A DNA stretch of 24,073 bases from a bacterium (GCA_046484135.1 JAWOBU010000137.1:1-24073), one strand, 5' to 3'. Positions 8,439 through 19,008 are shown, numbered from the stretch's first letter. A program made the numbers and translations. Notes: generated by a model not told the origin, from the letters alone.

Positions 8439-9304
8439 CCTTTGCCTCCCATCTTCTTTCTCACCTCCCGGGTCCGCTCGAACCTTTTTGTGAGGGCGTC
8501 TTTGTTCAGGTTCTCGATGTCGGCTCGGAGCTCTTCGAGCACGCCGGAAAAGCGGTCAATGGCCTCTATGATTGCTTCCTTGTTATCCAGGCAGATGTCG
8601 CGCCACATCTGGGGCGAGCTCGCCGCTATCCTGGTGTAGTCGCGCAGTCCTCCGGCGGAGAAGCGCAACAGGGGGGTCTCTTTTTCCCATTCCAGCAGGG
8701 TGTCCACCAGCGCGTAGGCCACCATGTGGGGAAGGTGGCTTACCGCTCCCAGGACCTTGTCGTGCTCGGCGGGCTCCATGATCTCCACCCTGCTTCCGGC
8801 CGCTTCCCACAGCTTTTTTATGAGCTCGAGCGCGTCCGGGTCAGTGGTTTTGTCGGGCGTAATTATGGTGATGCGGTCCTGAAAAAGTTCCGCTTCCGCC
8901 GCGGCCGCGCCGGTTTTTTCCTTGCCGGCTATGGGGTGTCCTCCCACGATGTTGACGTAGGGGGGAAGGTGGCCGAACAGCTCGCCCAGCACGATCTCCT
9001 TGGTGCTGCCGGCGTCGGTTACAATGGCGCCGGGCTTGAGCTCATGCGCGATCTTGAGACACAGGTTCGAGATTTCTCCGACCGGCACGGCAATGAAGAC
9101 AAGGTCTGCGTCGCGCACCGCCTCGCCGGGGTCGGTGGTGGCGTCGTCAATAATGCCCTCGGCCAGAGCGTCGCGCAGGTTCTCCAGTGTCCTTCCGCAG
9201 CCGACCACGAAGTCCACGGCTTGCGCCTTCTTAAGCGCCAGGGCAAAGGAGCCTCCTATAAGGCCGGTCCCGATGATGGCCAGTTTACCGATCTTTACGT
9301 TCAC
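8435..9304 (-). CDS. tyrA: Prephenate/arogenate dehydrogenase (TyrA family)
   Basis: GTGLIGGS Rossmann motif, TDAGSTK, GGHPIAGKE, HDKVLGAVSHLPH, GLRDYTRIAASSPQMWRDI. Confidence 0.94.
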   Translation of the reverse strand: MNVKIGKLAIIGTGLIGGSFALALKKAQAVDFVVGCGRTLENLRDALAEGIIDDATTDPGEAVRDADLVFIAVPVGEISNLCLKIAHELKPGAIVTDAGSTKEIVLGELFGHLPPYVNIVGGHPIAGKEKTGAAAAEAELFQDRITIITPDKTTDPDALELIKKLWEAAGSRVEIMEPAEHDKVLGAVSHLPHMVAYALVDTLLEWEKETPLLRFSAGGLRDYTRIAASSPQMWRDICLDNKEAIIEAIDRFSGVLEELRADIENLNKDALTKRFERTREVRKKMGGKG

Positions 9305-10392
9305 AGAAGCTCCTCTAACGACTGGATGAACCGCTGGTTCTCTTCCTCGAGTCCCACGGTCACCCGGAGGTAGTCGGGCAGCTTGTACCCCTTCATGGGC
9401 CTTACAATAACGCCCTTGCGGAGCAACTTCTGGTACAGCTCCTCCGGGTCTTGGGGGCTCTTGAAGATAAGGAAGTTGGCCACCGACGGGATGTACTCGA
9501 TGTCAAGCCTTTGAAGCTCCTTTTCCAGGTAGGCCATGCCTTTGCGGTTTATATCGAGCACCTTGTTCAAAAAGTCGGTGTCGTCAAGCGCGGCCTCTGC
9601 CGCGGCCTGGGCCGGCATGTTGGTGTTAAAGGGCTGCCGCACCCGGTTCATGTAATCGGCCATCTCCGGCTTCATGATGCCGTAGCCCATCCTTATGCCG
9701 GCCAGGCCGTAGAGCTTGGAGAAGGTCCGGCAGGCCACTACGTTGGCGCCCTGCTTTACCATCTCCACCGCGTCCGGGTAGTCGTCCTTTTCCACGTACT
9801 CGAAGTAAGCCTCGTCTACCACCACGATCACTTCGGCGGGAATTGATTCGAGGAGCTCGTCCATCTCCTGTCTGTTCGAGTAGGTCCCGGTGGGGTTGTT
9901 GGGATTGGCAATAAAAAGGAGCTTGGTGTTGTCCTTGACCGCCCCGGCCATTCCTTTCAGATCATGGCTGAAGTTCTTGCCCGCGGGCACCACCGTCTTT
10001 TCAAACCCTCGCGAGTCCACCGCCAGGTCATAGACCACAAAGGCGTGTTCGGACACTACTGCGTGGTCTCCCGGTTTCATAAAGGTCGCCGCCAAAAGCT
10101 CGAGCACCTCGTTGGACCCGTTGCCGGTGATGATCATGTCGGTGGACACCCCGAGCTTTTCTGCGAGCTTGTTCTTGAAGGTGGTCGCGTTCCCGTCCGG
10201 GTACCGGTTCAAGTTGTTCAGAGTCTTCTGGATGGCTTCGAGCGCTTTGGGGGACGGCCCCAGCGGGTTTTCGTTGCTCGCGATCTTGATCGAGTCTTTA
10301 ATGCCGAGCTCCCGTTCGAGGTCCTCGATCGGCTTGCCCGGCACGTATGGGATAAGCCGCTTGATGTAGTCCGCTACCAGTTCTTTCGTCAT
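9301..10392 (-). CDS. hisC: Histidinol-phosphate aminotransferase (HisC family, likely also acting on aromatic amino acids)
   Basis: YVPGKP, ASNENPLG, GNGSNE, NPNNPTG, DEAYFEY, RTFSKLYGLAGIRMGY. SD GGAGG before ATG 10392. Confidence 0.95.
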   Translation of the reverse strand: MTKELVADYIKRLIPYVPGKPIEDLERELGIKDSIKIASNENPLGPSPKALEAIQKTLNNLNRYPDGNATTFKNKLAEKLGVSTDMIITGNGSNEVLELLAATFMKPGDHAVVSEHAFVVYDLAVDSRGFEKTVVPAGKNFSHDLKGMAGAVKDNTKLLFIANPNNPTGTYSNRQEMDELLESIPAEVIVVVDEAYFEYVEKDDYPDAVEMVKQGANVVACRTFSKLYGLAGIRMGYGIMKPEMADYMNRVRQPFNTNMPAQAAAEAALDDTDFLNKVLDINRKGMAYLEKELQRLDIEYIPSVANFLIFKSPQDPEELYQKLLRKGVIVRPMKGYKLPDYLRVTVGLEEENQRFIQSLEELL

Positions 10393-10460
10393 TATTAATC
10401 CTCCCAACAAAACTATTTTCCCGGGCGGGTCCGCCCGGCAGGATCGAGCCGCGGTCCCGC

Positions 10461-11594
10461 TTATACTCCCAGGAACTGGTGCTCTTGTCTCCGCTTGGGA
10501 AAGGACCCCAGCACCTTTACGAACAGGCAGTCTTTTTCAAGGTCGCGGAGGGAGTCCTTGATCGCCTTGTCGGTGATATGTCCGTCCATCTCCGCGAAGA
10601 ACACGTACTCCCAGGGCCTTTCCTTCAAAGGCCGGGACTCGATCTTGGACAGGTTGATTCCCCGTTTGGCAAAGTGTCCCAGGACCTCGTAAAGGATGCC
10701 CGGCCGGTCCTTGACCGAGTAAACGATAGAGGTCGTGTCCCTTCCGCTTTTGGGTCCCATCTCGGGACCGATGACCAGAAATCGGGTGAAGTTCTGGTGG
10801 AGGTCCTCGATGCTTTGGGCGATCAAATTCAGGTTGTAATAGCGGCCCGCGAACTCGCTGGCGATGGCGGAGGAATCCCGGTCCACCGCTGCCATGCGGG
10901 CGGCCTCTGCTGTGCTTGCGACCTCGTGGATGCTCACACCCGGCAGGTGCTTCCGGAGCCAGCTACGGCACTGGGCCACCGCGTGCGGATGCGAGTAGAC
11001 CCTTTGCACCTTGTGGATGTCGCCTTCGCAGGAGAGAAGGTGGTGCTTGATCTCCAGGATGATCTCCGCGCAGATTTTAAGGTCCGCGTCCAGGAACATG
11101 TCCAGGGTATGGGTTACCACTCCTTCGGTCGAGTTCTCGATCGGGACAACGCCATAATCCACGTCTCCCCGCTGGACCTCCTCGAACACGTCGCTGATGC
11201 TGCGCTCGGGAATGAAATCCGCGGAGTGGCCGAACTGCTGCCTGCCGGCCAGGTGGGTAAAAGTGGCCTCCGGACCGAGGTAAGCCACCCGCAGTTTTTT
11301 CTCCAGCGACCGGCAGGCCGAGATGATCTCCCGGAACACCGGATGTATGGAGCCATTGGGAAACGGCCCCTTGTTCTCTTTTTTTAACCGGTCGAATATC
11401 TCTTCCTCCCGGCCCGGGATGTAAAAGGTCTGCGACTTTTGACGCTTGAGCTCGCCGATCTTCCTGGCCAGCCGGGCCCGCCGGTTCAAAAGCTCGACCA
11501 GCTTCGAGTCCGTCCTGTCAATGCTTTGGCGGACCTCGGAGATGCGGGTGTCCAGGTCCTTTCCTGCGTCTTTGTTTTTCGGTTTCCGCGGCAA
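10461..11594 (-). CDS. pheA: Bifunctional chorismate mutase/prephenate dehydratase (P-protein)
   Basis: N-terminal AroQ domain (RQSIDRTD...LLNRRA), VAYLGPEATFT, PIENSTEG, NFTRFLVIG, ACT domain INLSKIESRP. TTG start with SD AAGGAG. Confidence 0.96.
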   Translation of the reverse strand: MPRKPKNKDAGKDLDTRISEVRQSIDRTDSKLVELLNRRARLARKIGELKRQKSQTFYIPGREEEIFDRLKKENKGPFPNGSIHPVFREIISACRSLEKKLRVAYLGPEATFTHLAGRQQFGHSADFIPERSISDVFEEVQRGDVDYGVVPIENSTEGVVTHTLDMFLDADLKICAEIILEIKHHLLSCEGDIHKVQRVYSHPHAVAQCRSWLRKHLPGVSIHEVASTAEAARMAAVDRDSSAIASEFAGRYYNLNLIAQSIEDLHQNFTRFLVIGPEMGPKSGRDTTSIVYSVKDRPGILYEVLGHFAKRGINLSKIESRPLKERPWEYVFFAEMDGHITDKAIKDSLRDLEKDCLFVKVLGSFPKRRQEHQFLGV

Positions 11595-11619
11595 GATTAT
11601 GCTCCTTGTTCCGGGTTTG

Positions 11620-11648
11620 ATCTTAACCTAAAAAGGTTTTCGTTTCAA
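11620..11648 (-). promoter_or_regulatory. sigma70-type promoter of the pheA operon
   Basis: TTGAAA (11648-11643)-N17-TAAGAT (11625-11620), 25 nt upstream of the pheA start. Confidence 0.65.
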
Positions 11649-11705
11649 GACGGTAAAAGCCGTTTAAGACGGCAAAACAAAAGGGCGAAAGCGGATTTTC
11701 CTTTC

Positions 11706-11734
11706 TTTACTTTAGAGGTTTTCTCGACTATTTT
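11706..11734 (+). promoter_or_regulatory. sigma70-type promoter of tsaD
   Basis: TTTACT (11706-11711)-N17-TATTTT (11729-11734), ending 8 nt before the tsaD ATG. Confidence 0.55.
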
Positions 11735-11742
11735 AAAGTCTC

Positions 11743-12744
11743 ATGGCGCGTATCCTTGGAATCGAGAGTTCCTGCGACGAGACCGCGGTGTGTGTACTCG
11801 GAGAAAATGAAGTCCTTGCCGAGCTGGTGGCGAGCCAGGACGACATCCACGGCAGTTACGGGGGAGTTGTACCGGAGCTTGCTTCGCGGGCGCACCTGGA
11901 GCGGCTGGGACCCATGATCGAGCAGTCGCTTTCCGAATCGGGCCTCGGTATGAAAGACCTGGACGCGGTCGCGGTTACCGCGGGTCCGGGCCTGGTGGTT
12001 TGTCTTCTGGTGGGCCTTATGACCGCCAAGGGCATTTGCCTGGGGCTTGACGTTCCGCTGGTGGGGGTGAACCACCTGGACGGCCATTTATGGGCGATTT
12101 TCATGGACCGGGAGGTCGAGCCTCCGGGGTTTCCATACCTGGGCCTGGTGGTCTCCGGCGGTCACAGCTCTTTATATCTTGTCAAGGCCCGGGGCGTGTA
12201 CCGGCAGTTGGGCCAGACCCTGGACGACGCCGCAGGTGAGGCTTTCGACAAGAGCGCCAAGGTGCTGGGGCTGCCTTATCCGGGCGGCCGGCAGATCGAG
12301 GAGCTTTCGCGGCAGGGGGACGAGACAGCCATACCTTTTCCCCGGCCGCTCCTGGACCGGCAGGACTACAACTTCAGCTTCTCCGGACTCAAGACCGCGG
12401 TGATCCATTACTTTGAAAAGACGGGGAGAGCCGATTCGGAAAAGCCGGACATCGCCGCCTCTTTCCAGGCCGCCGCGGTCGAGGTCCTGGTAAAGAAGAC
12501 CCTGCGGGCCGCTTCGGACTTCAAGGTGAACGACATCGTGGTCTCGGGCGGAGTTGCAGCCAACCAGCGCTTGCGGGACGCCTTCTTGCATGCCGGAGAT
12601 GAGGCGGGCTTTAAGGTGAAGTTTCCTTCCATGCGGCTTTGCACGGACAACGCCGTGATGATAGCCGGCGCGGGAGTGCGCATTCTCGAGTCCGGCACTA
12701 AACACGGCCTGGACCTTCCGCCCCGCGCGGTCTGGCCGCTTTAG
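11743..12744 (+). CDS. tsaD: tRNA N6-threonylcarbamoyladenosine (t6A37) transferase TsaD
   Basis: ILGIESSCDETA, GGVVPELASRAH, GPGL, NHLDGH, VSGGHS, TLDDAAGEAFDK, FSFSGLKTA, CTDNAVMIA. Confidence 0.97.
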   Translation: MARILGIESSCDETAVCVLGENEVLAELVASQDDIHGSYGGVVPELASRAHLERLGPMIEQSLSESGLGMKDLDAVAVTAGPGLVVCLLVGLMTAKGICLGLDVPLVGVNHLDGHLWAIFMDREVEPPGFPYLGLVVSGGHSSLYLVKARGVYRQLGQTLDDAAGEAFDKSAKVLGLPYPGGRQIEELSRQGDETAIPFPRPLLDRQDYNFSFSGLKTAVIHYFEKTGRADSEKPDIAASFQAAAVEVLVKKTLRAASDFKVNDIVVSGGVAANQRLRDAFLHAGDEAGFKVKFPSMRLCTDNAVMIAGAGVRILESGTKHGLDLPPRAVWPL

Positions 12745-12771
12745 CGATTCATAAGCTCGGGGAGTCTTAGC

Positions 12772-13323
12772 ATGTCGGAAGAGAGGTCGGCCGCGCCGGG
12801 ACAGTCGGGCGGCATGGGCAGGATAAAGGGCCATCTGGCCGAGTATTACCAAAACCTGATGGACATACCCGGCAAGGAGAACGACGTTGCAGTGGGGTTT
12901 GCCATCGGCATCTTCATAAGCTTCTCGCCGTGGATCGGGCTTCATCTTATTATCATCTTTCTCTTGACACATGTCTTTCGGAAGAGCTTTGGCGCGGGCT
13001 TGCTGGCGTCCCTGGTGTTCAACCCTTTTACCGCGCCGTTCTTCTGGACCTTGGAGTTCCGGACGGGGAGGCTGGTCATCGGTCTTTTTTCACGCCAGCC
13101 CAAACAAGAGTTCAAGATCAGCTTCTCGGACTTCGAGGCCCTGTGGGACAGCGTTGTCCAGGTGTTTTATCCTATCTTTATAGGCGGGCTGGTGCTGGGC
13201 GTACCTGCCGCGGTTTTAAGTTATTTTCTGGTGCAGCGTTCGCTGCGCATTTATCGCAACCGGGTCTACGGCAGGGTTTCGGAAAGATGGAAAGCGCGGC
13301 AAGAGAGGCGTCGGAGCGGTTAA
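12772..13323 (+). CDS. DUF2062-like integral membrane protein
   Basis: VAVGFAIGIFISFSPWIGLH...NPFTAPF...G...IGGLVLG pattern, several TM helices and a basic C-tail. SD GGAG upstream. Confidence 0.78.
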   Translation: MSEERSAAPGQSGGMGRIKGHLAEYYQNLMDIPGKENDVAVGFAIGIFISFSPWIGLHLIIIFLLTHVFRKSFGAGLLASLVFNPFTAPFFWTLEFRTGRLVIGLFSRQPKQEFKISFSDFEALWDSVVQVFYPIFIGGLVLGVPAAVLSYFLVQRSLRIYRNRVYGRVSERWKARQERRRSG

Positions 13324-13334
13324 GATCAGGTTCC

Positions 13335-14165
13335 ATGAAGACGACGAGAGAGATACTCAAGGATTACGGTTACAAAGCCAAGAAGGGCCGGGGCCAGAAC
13401 TTCCTGGTGAACGAGGGGGTCTTGCAGAGGATCGTTGACTCCGCAGGTCTCGAAGCAAATGACACGGTGGTCGAGATAGGTCCGGGGCCGGGGAACCTTA
13501 CCCGCAGGCTGGTTAAAAGAGCGGGCACGGTGATAGCGATCGAGTCGGACCATGAGCTCTCTTCCATACTACAGGCCGAGCTCGACTCGGACAACCTTAC
13601 GGTTCGGCACGCCGACGTTCTCGAGGTTGACCTTTCCGGGCTGTTCCAGCGCTACGGCAGAATGAAGGTCATAGCCAATCTTCCTTACAACATCACCACC
13701 CCGGTCCTGTTCAAGCTACTCGACAACTACTCACTCTTCAGCGAGCTTCTGCTTCTTGTCCAGCTCGAGGTTGCAAACCGCATAACCGCTTTTCCGGGGA
13801 CAAAGGCTTACGGCGTACTTGCCGCCCGCACCGCGTTGCTGGCTGACACGGAGCTACTCTTCAAGGTCCCGCCGGAGTCGTTCCGGCCGAGGCCCCGCGT
13901 TACTTCCGCGCTCATCCGGATAAAAATTCTCGAGAACCCGCGGGCGGACATCGCCCCGGAGCTATACCGCCGGACCGTACGCGCAGCTTTCTCGCGCAAA
14001 AGAAAAACCATCTTGAACAGCCTGGCAGAGAGCGGAGAGTTCTCGCGGGCCGTGGCAGAAGACGCGCTTGCGGCGGCCGGCATCGAACCCGGCAGGCGGG
14101 CGGAGACCCTTAGCGTGGAAGAGTTCGCGCGGCTCGGCAAGGCGCTTTTTGACAAGGAGGGATAG
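13335..14165 (+). CDS. rsmA: 16S rRNA (adenine-1518/1519-N6)-dimethyltransferase RsmA/KsgA
   Basis: KKGRGQNFL, VEIGPGPGNLT, ANLPYNITTP, FRPRPRVTS, RKRKTILNSL, RRAETLSVEEF. Start placed at ATG 13335. Confidence 0.96.
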   Translation: MKTTREILKDYGYKAKKGRGQNFLVNEGVLQRIVDSAGLEANDTVVEIGPGPGNLTRRLVKRAGTVIAIESDHELSSILQAELDSDNLTVRHADVLEVDLSGLFQRYGRMKVIANLPYNITTPVLFKLLDNYSLFSELLLLVQLEVANRITAFPGTKAYGVLAARTALLADTELLFKVPPESFRPRPRVTSALIRIKILENPRADIAPELYRRTVRAAFSRKRKTILNSLAESGEFSRAVAEDALAAAGIEPGRRAETLSVEEFARLGKALFDKEG

Positions 14166-14166
14166 C

Positions 14167-14997
14167 TTGCCCGAGCTTCCGGAAGTGGAGACCATCCGGC
14201 GCTGCCTGGAGCAAGACATCACCGGCAGGACCATTGATAGTGTCTACATAAAACGCGGCTCGCGGCTGCTGCGGGACACCGCGGGCGCCACCGCCTTGCG
14301 GCGGGCACTTTCCGGCAGGAGGATCGAGCGTCTGTCAAGGCGGGGAAAGTACCTGGTGATGGAGCTTGACTCCGGTGGCGGCTTGATCGTGCACCTCGGC
14401 ATGACCGGGGGTTTGTTTCTTGTGAAGAAGGGTTCCAAAAGCCCGGAGCACACCCACCTCCGGCTGGAGCTCGGCGACCAGAGCCTGGTCATGGTTGATC
14501 CGCGGACCTTCGGAAAGGTCCTGGTTTGCGATCCTGGCGGGCTGGAGACGAATATAGTATTATCGCGATTGGGTCCGGACCCTTTTGATGTTTCTTTTAC
14601 CGCCAAAAAACTGGAGGAGTCGCTTAAGGGCAGGAGGATGCCTTTGAAGTCCGCGTTGCTTGACCAGACCATAGCTGTTTCCGGGCTTGGCAACATTTAT
14701 GTTGACGAGGTCTGCTTCCGGGCGGGAGTACTTCCGTGGCGGGAATCCGGCCGCCTTAGTGGAGAGGAGTGCGATAGGCTTCACAGTTCGATCCGGGAGG
14801 TACTAACGGAAGCCATATCCTTCCGGGGGACCACCATCCGGGACTATCGCTGGTCGGAGAGCGAAGGCGGTGACTTTGAATCGAAGCTCCGGGTGTATGG
14901 CCGTTCCGGCAAGCAGTGTCGCTGCTGCAGTGGGCTGATCGAGCGCTCGAGGCTGGGCGGCAGGAGCACCCACTTCTGTAGTCGTTGCCAGAGGTAG
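14167..14997 (+). CDS. mutM: Formamidopyrimidine-DNA glycosylase (Fpg/MutM)
   Basis: TTG start giving the diagnostic (M)PELPEVET, with SD AAGGAGG at the end of rsmA. RRGKYL, HLGMTG, DPRTFG, GLGNIYVDE and a C-terminal zinc finger (CRCC...CSRCQ). Confidence 0.96.
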   Translation: MPELPEVETIRRCLEQDITGRTIDSVYIKRGSRLLRDTAGATALRRALSGRRIERLSRRGKYLVMELDSGGGLIVHLGMTGGLFLVKKGSKSPEHTHLRLELGDQSLVMVDPRTFGKVLVCDPGGLETNIVLSRLGPDPFDVSFTAKKLEESLKGRRMPLKSALLDQTIAVSGLGNIYVDEVCFRAGVLPWRESGRLSGEECDRLHSSIREVLTEAISFRGTTIRDYRWSESEGGDFESKLRVYGRSGKQCRCCSGLIERSRLGGRSTHFCSRCQR

Positions 14998-15024
14998 GGG
15001 CTGAGCTTGGAAGGGAGGACATTG

Positions 15025-16311
15025 ATGGAGCTTGGCTTCACTTTTTTTAAGCGGATGAAAAAAGGCCTCTATATATTTTTAGTCCTTCTCCTGTGTGTAC
15101 TGTCGGTATGGCAGACGCGTGCCCGGCCGCGGGTGGACAGCTTTGGCGAGCACGTAAGCGTGTCTCTCCATCCGGTGGAGGTCTCGGCGGTAAAAAGCAT
15201 CCAGAACCGGGTTACGGGCTACAGCGGCGTTCCCCTTGAGGTGGACGAACGGCTGGTGCTGGTTGCGCGGAAGCTGGCCGGTCGCATAGCTTCAGACCTT
15301 TCCCGGCACTCCAACATTCTGTCCTCTTCCCTGCCTTCGGAGCTCCGTCTGAAGTACGGCATTTACGAGAACTCCGTCCGGATGCGGGGCTTTATTTACT
15401 CCACCGTCGGCGACCTCGAGTCCCAGCTTAAGCTTCGGTTCAAGGACAAGCAGATTTCCAGCACCCACCTGGGGGTCGGCGTAGAGCCTCCCGGCAAGTC
15501 CCGGCCCGGAGTGGCAGTGGTGGTCCTTACCGAAAAACGGGTGGACCTTTCGCCGTTTCCCAGAAAGGTCCGGGTATCGTCGTCCCACCCGTTGAAAGGC
15601 AGCCTGGTTTACTCTACCCGAGGAATGCGGCCGAAAGTGTCGGTGACGTATCCTTCCGGCAAGACCGTGTCCCTTGAAGACGTAAAAGTCCGGCATGACT
15701 ACTTCCGGGCCGTAATAGACTTTGACGACGGGCCGGGCACTTACCGGGTCGAGGTGGTCGCCACCGACAAAAAGAACTCCAAGGTGGGGGCTCTTCTCAA
15801 AGTAAAGGCCACCCGTTCCTCCGACGCTCTGGAAGAGGTGCGGGGCGAAGAGCCGTCCTCGCCTGCCGCGACCAGCTCCACCTGGGAGGTCGAGGGGTTC
15901 AAGAACCGGTATGAGACGGAGCAGGAAGCGGAAGAGGCCATGGTAAAGATGATAAACCAGGTACGGAAGAAGGAAGGTCTTTCCGAGCTCAAGGTCCATC
16001 ATCAACTCAAGGACATGGCCCGGGCCCACAGCCGGGACATGAAAGAAAACGATTTTTCCGGACACTACTCGCCCCGCCGGGGAGCGATGGAAAGCCGGGC
16101 CCGGGCCGCCGGGCTATACGGCATCCAGGTCCGGGAGAACATAGCGGTGTCCTCGAACTTCGTCCAGGCCATGAACAACCTCCTGCAAAGCCCGGTACAT
16201 CGAGAACCCATACTGGACCCGCAACTGAACAGGGTGGGAGTGGGCGTGGTTTTCGACGACTCCTCCGGGACCCGCCACTACTACATCACCCAGGAGTTCG
16301 CCCGGCTTTAA
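15025..16311 (+). CDS. Exported CAP (SCP/PR-1) domain protein
   Basis: SD GGGAGG before ATG 15025. Basic-then-hydrophobic signal/anchor region. C-terminal CAP domain (INQVRKKEGL...ARAHSRDM...GH...ENIA...LLQSPVHREPILDP...VGVGV). Confidence 0.85.
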   Translation: MELGFTFFKRMKKGLYIFLVLLLCVLSVWQTRARPRVDSFGEHVSVSLHPVEVSAVKSIQNRVTGYSGVPLEVDERLVLVARKLAGRIASDLSRHSNILSSSLPSELRLKYGIYENSVRMRGFIYSTVGDLESQLKLRFKDKQISSTHLGVGVEPPGKSRPGVAVVVLTEKRVDLSPFPRKVRVSSSHPLKGSLVYSTRGMRPKVSVTYPSGKTVSLEDVKVRHDYFRAVIDFDDGPGTYRVEVVATDKKNSKVGALLKVKATRSSDALEEVRGEEPSSPAATSSTWEVEGFKNRYETEQEAEEAMVKMINQVRKKEGLSELKVHHQLKDMARAHSRDMKENDFSGHYSPRRGAMESRARAAGLYGIQVRENIAVSSNFVQAMNNLLQSPVHREPILDPQLNRVGVGVVFDDSSGTRHYYITQEFARL

Positions 16312-16331
16312 CGTTATTTCACCTGTTGGCG

Positions 16332-16688
16332 CTATGAATAAAACGCCTCTTCCATGTGGCCGGTAATGACCGCCTTATAGGCGCGGCCTTTGGCGTCGAA
16401 TACCGAGATGTTCGAGTAAAGCTCCAGGCGGGCATCGTCCGAGGAGCAGTAAAAGCTCATGGTCTGGTCCGGTCCTAAAGGGTGGACTCCGTGCGGATAA
16501 AGGTTGTCGAGCCGCTCCGCGCCTTTGTTGCCGGAAAGCTCGATCTCGCTCCGGAGGTGGATCACGTCGCGGCCGCGGTTGTGGACGTGGACCTCGAGGT
16601 TCATGTCCATGAGGTTTACGCACTTCCAGCCCAGTACCTCCTCGCAGCTCGAGTTCCAGATCACCCGTATCATGAGATTGGAAGCCAT
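16332..16688 (-). CDS. Hypothetical protein (118 aa)
   Basis: Fills the gap between the CAP gene and the groEL terminator without overlap. SD GGAG 8 nt before ATG 16688. No recognised family. Confidence 0.6.
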   Translation of the reverse strand: MASNLMIRVIWNSSCEEVLGWKCVNLMDMNLEVHVHNRGRDVIHLRSEIELSGNKGAERLDNLYPHGVHPLGPDQTMSFYCSSDDARLELYSNISVFDAKGRAYKAVITGHMEEAFYS

Positions 16689-16771
16689 GGGCTTTGCTCC
16701 GCGCACAGAGATTAACCGGTCTTCCTAAAGACGCCGGTACGGTTTCCCAGTTTACCAGTCCGCGGCCCCAT

Positions 16772-16811
16772 AAAAAAAAGAGCGCAGGAGATTTTCGTCC
16801 CCCGCGCTCTT
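16772..16811 (-). terminator. Intrinsic terminator of groESL
   Basis: Minus strand GAGCGCGGGGGA-CGAAAA-TCTCCTGCGCTC (12-bp stem with two G-U pairs), followed by T8, about 27 nt after the groEL stop. Confidence 0.88.
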
Positions 16812-16837
16812 ATATCAGTTCCCGTTAAAGGCGCTCA

Positions 16838-18484
<1,647 letters not shown>

Positions 18485-18522
18485 TTATCGTCCTGTCTCG
18501 CGCAAGAACACAAAAAGGCCGG

Positions 18523-18816
18523 TTACTCGATTATCGCAAGGACCTCGTCCTCCCGCATGATCATGTGCTCGTCCCCCTCCACCTTGATGCCCGTGCCGGC
18601 CCACTTCTCGAAAAGAACAACGTCACCCTCTTTTACGTCAAGAGGCTTTATGGACCCGTCCTCCTGCTTGCGGCCGTTGCCAACCGCTATCACCTTGCCC
18701 TTGTGAGGCTTCTCCTTGGCTGTGTCCGGGATGATGATCCCACCCGCGGTCTTCTCCTCTTCCTCCATCGGCCTCACCAGGATGCGATCCTGGAGCGGAC
18801 GCAACTTCTCTGCCAT
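18523..18816 (-). CDS. groES: Co-chaperonin GroES
   Basis: [42 protein letters not shown]. Directly upstream of groEL. Confidence 0.98.
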   Translation of the reverse strand: MAEKLRPLQDRILVRPMEEEEKTAGGIIIPDTAKEKPHKGKVIAVGNGRKQEDGSIKPLDVKEGDVVLFEKWAGTGIKVEGDEHMIMREDEVLAIIE

Positions 18817-18946
18817 CTCTTCATCCTCCTTTTTCTAACTACTTGATTTTAAATAAAAATCTAAAAACAGCCCTGCCGGACCTCTAATAAGGCTTCCTAA
18901 TATTTAATCATTCTACCGCCCTTGTCAACCAGCAGAAGCCAAAAAT

Positions 18947-18973
18947 TTAGCACTCATTTTCAGAGAGTGCTAA
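18947..18973. promoter_or_regulatory. CIRCE element (HrcA operator)
   Basis: Exact consensus TTAGCACTC-N9-GAGTGCTAA upstream of groES. Confidence 0.97.
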
Positions 18974-18979
18974 CGGGTC

Positions 18980-19008
18980 AAGATAACACGGATTTCCGGG
19001 AGTGCAAA
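18980..19008 (-). promoter_or_regulatory. sigma70-type groESL promoter directly upstream of CIRCE
   Basis: (T)TTGCAC at 19008-19002, 16-17 nt spacer, extended -10 TG-T-TATCTT (18985-18980). The predicted start site falls at the CIRCE edge. Confidence 0.65.

Noticed and set aside
10421..10438. GC hairpin CCGGGCGG-GT-CCGCCCGG between pheA and hisC as a terminator
   Set aside because: No adjacent U-tract on the coding strand; at most an mRNA stability element.
12930..14166. Long N-terminal extensions in the ORF track for rsmA (12930) and mutM (14068); likewise ihfB (2953) and hisC (10410)
   Set aside because: They overlap upstream genes or SD sites. Family-typical N-termini point to starts at 13335, 14167, 2836 and 10392.
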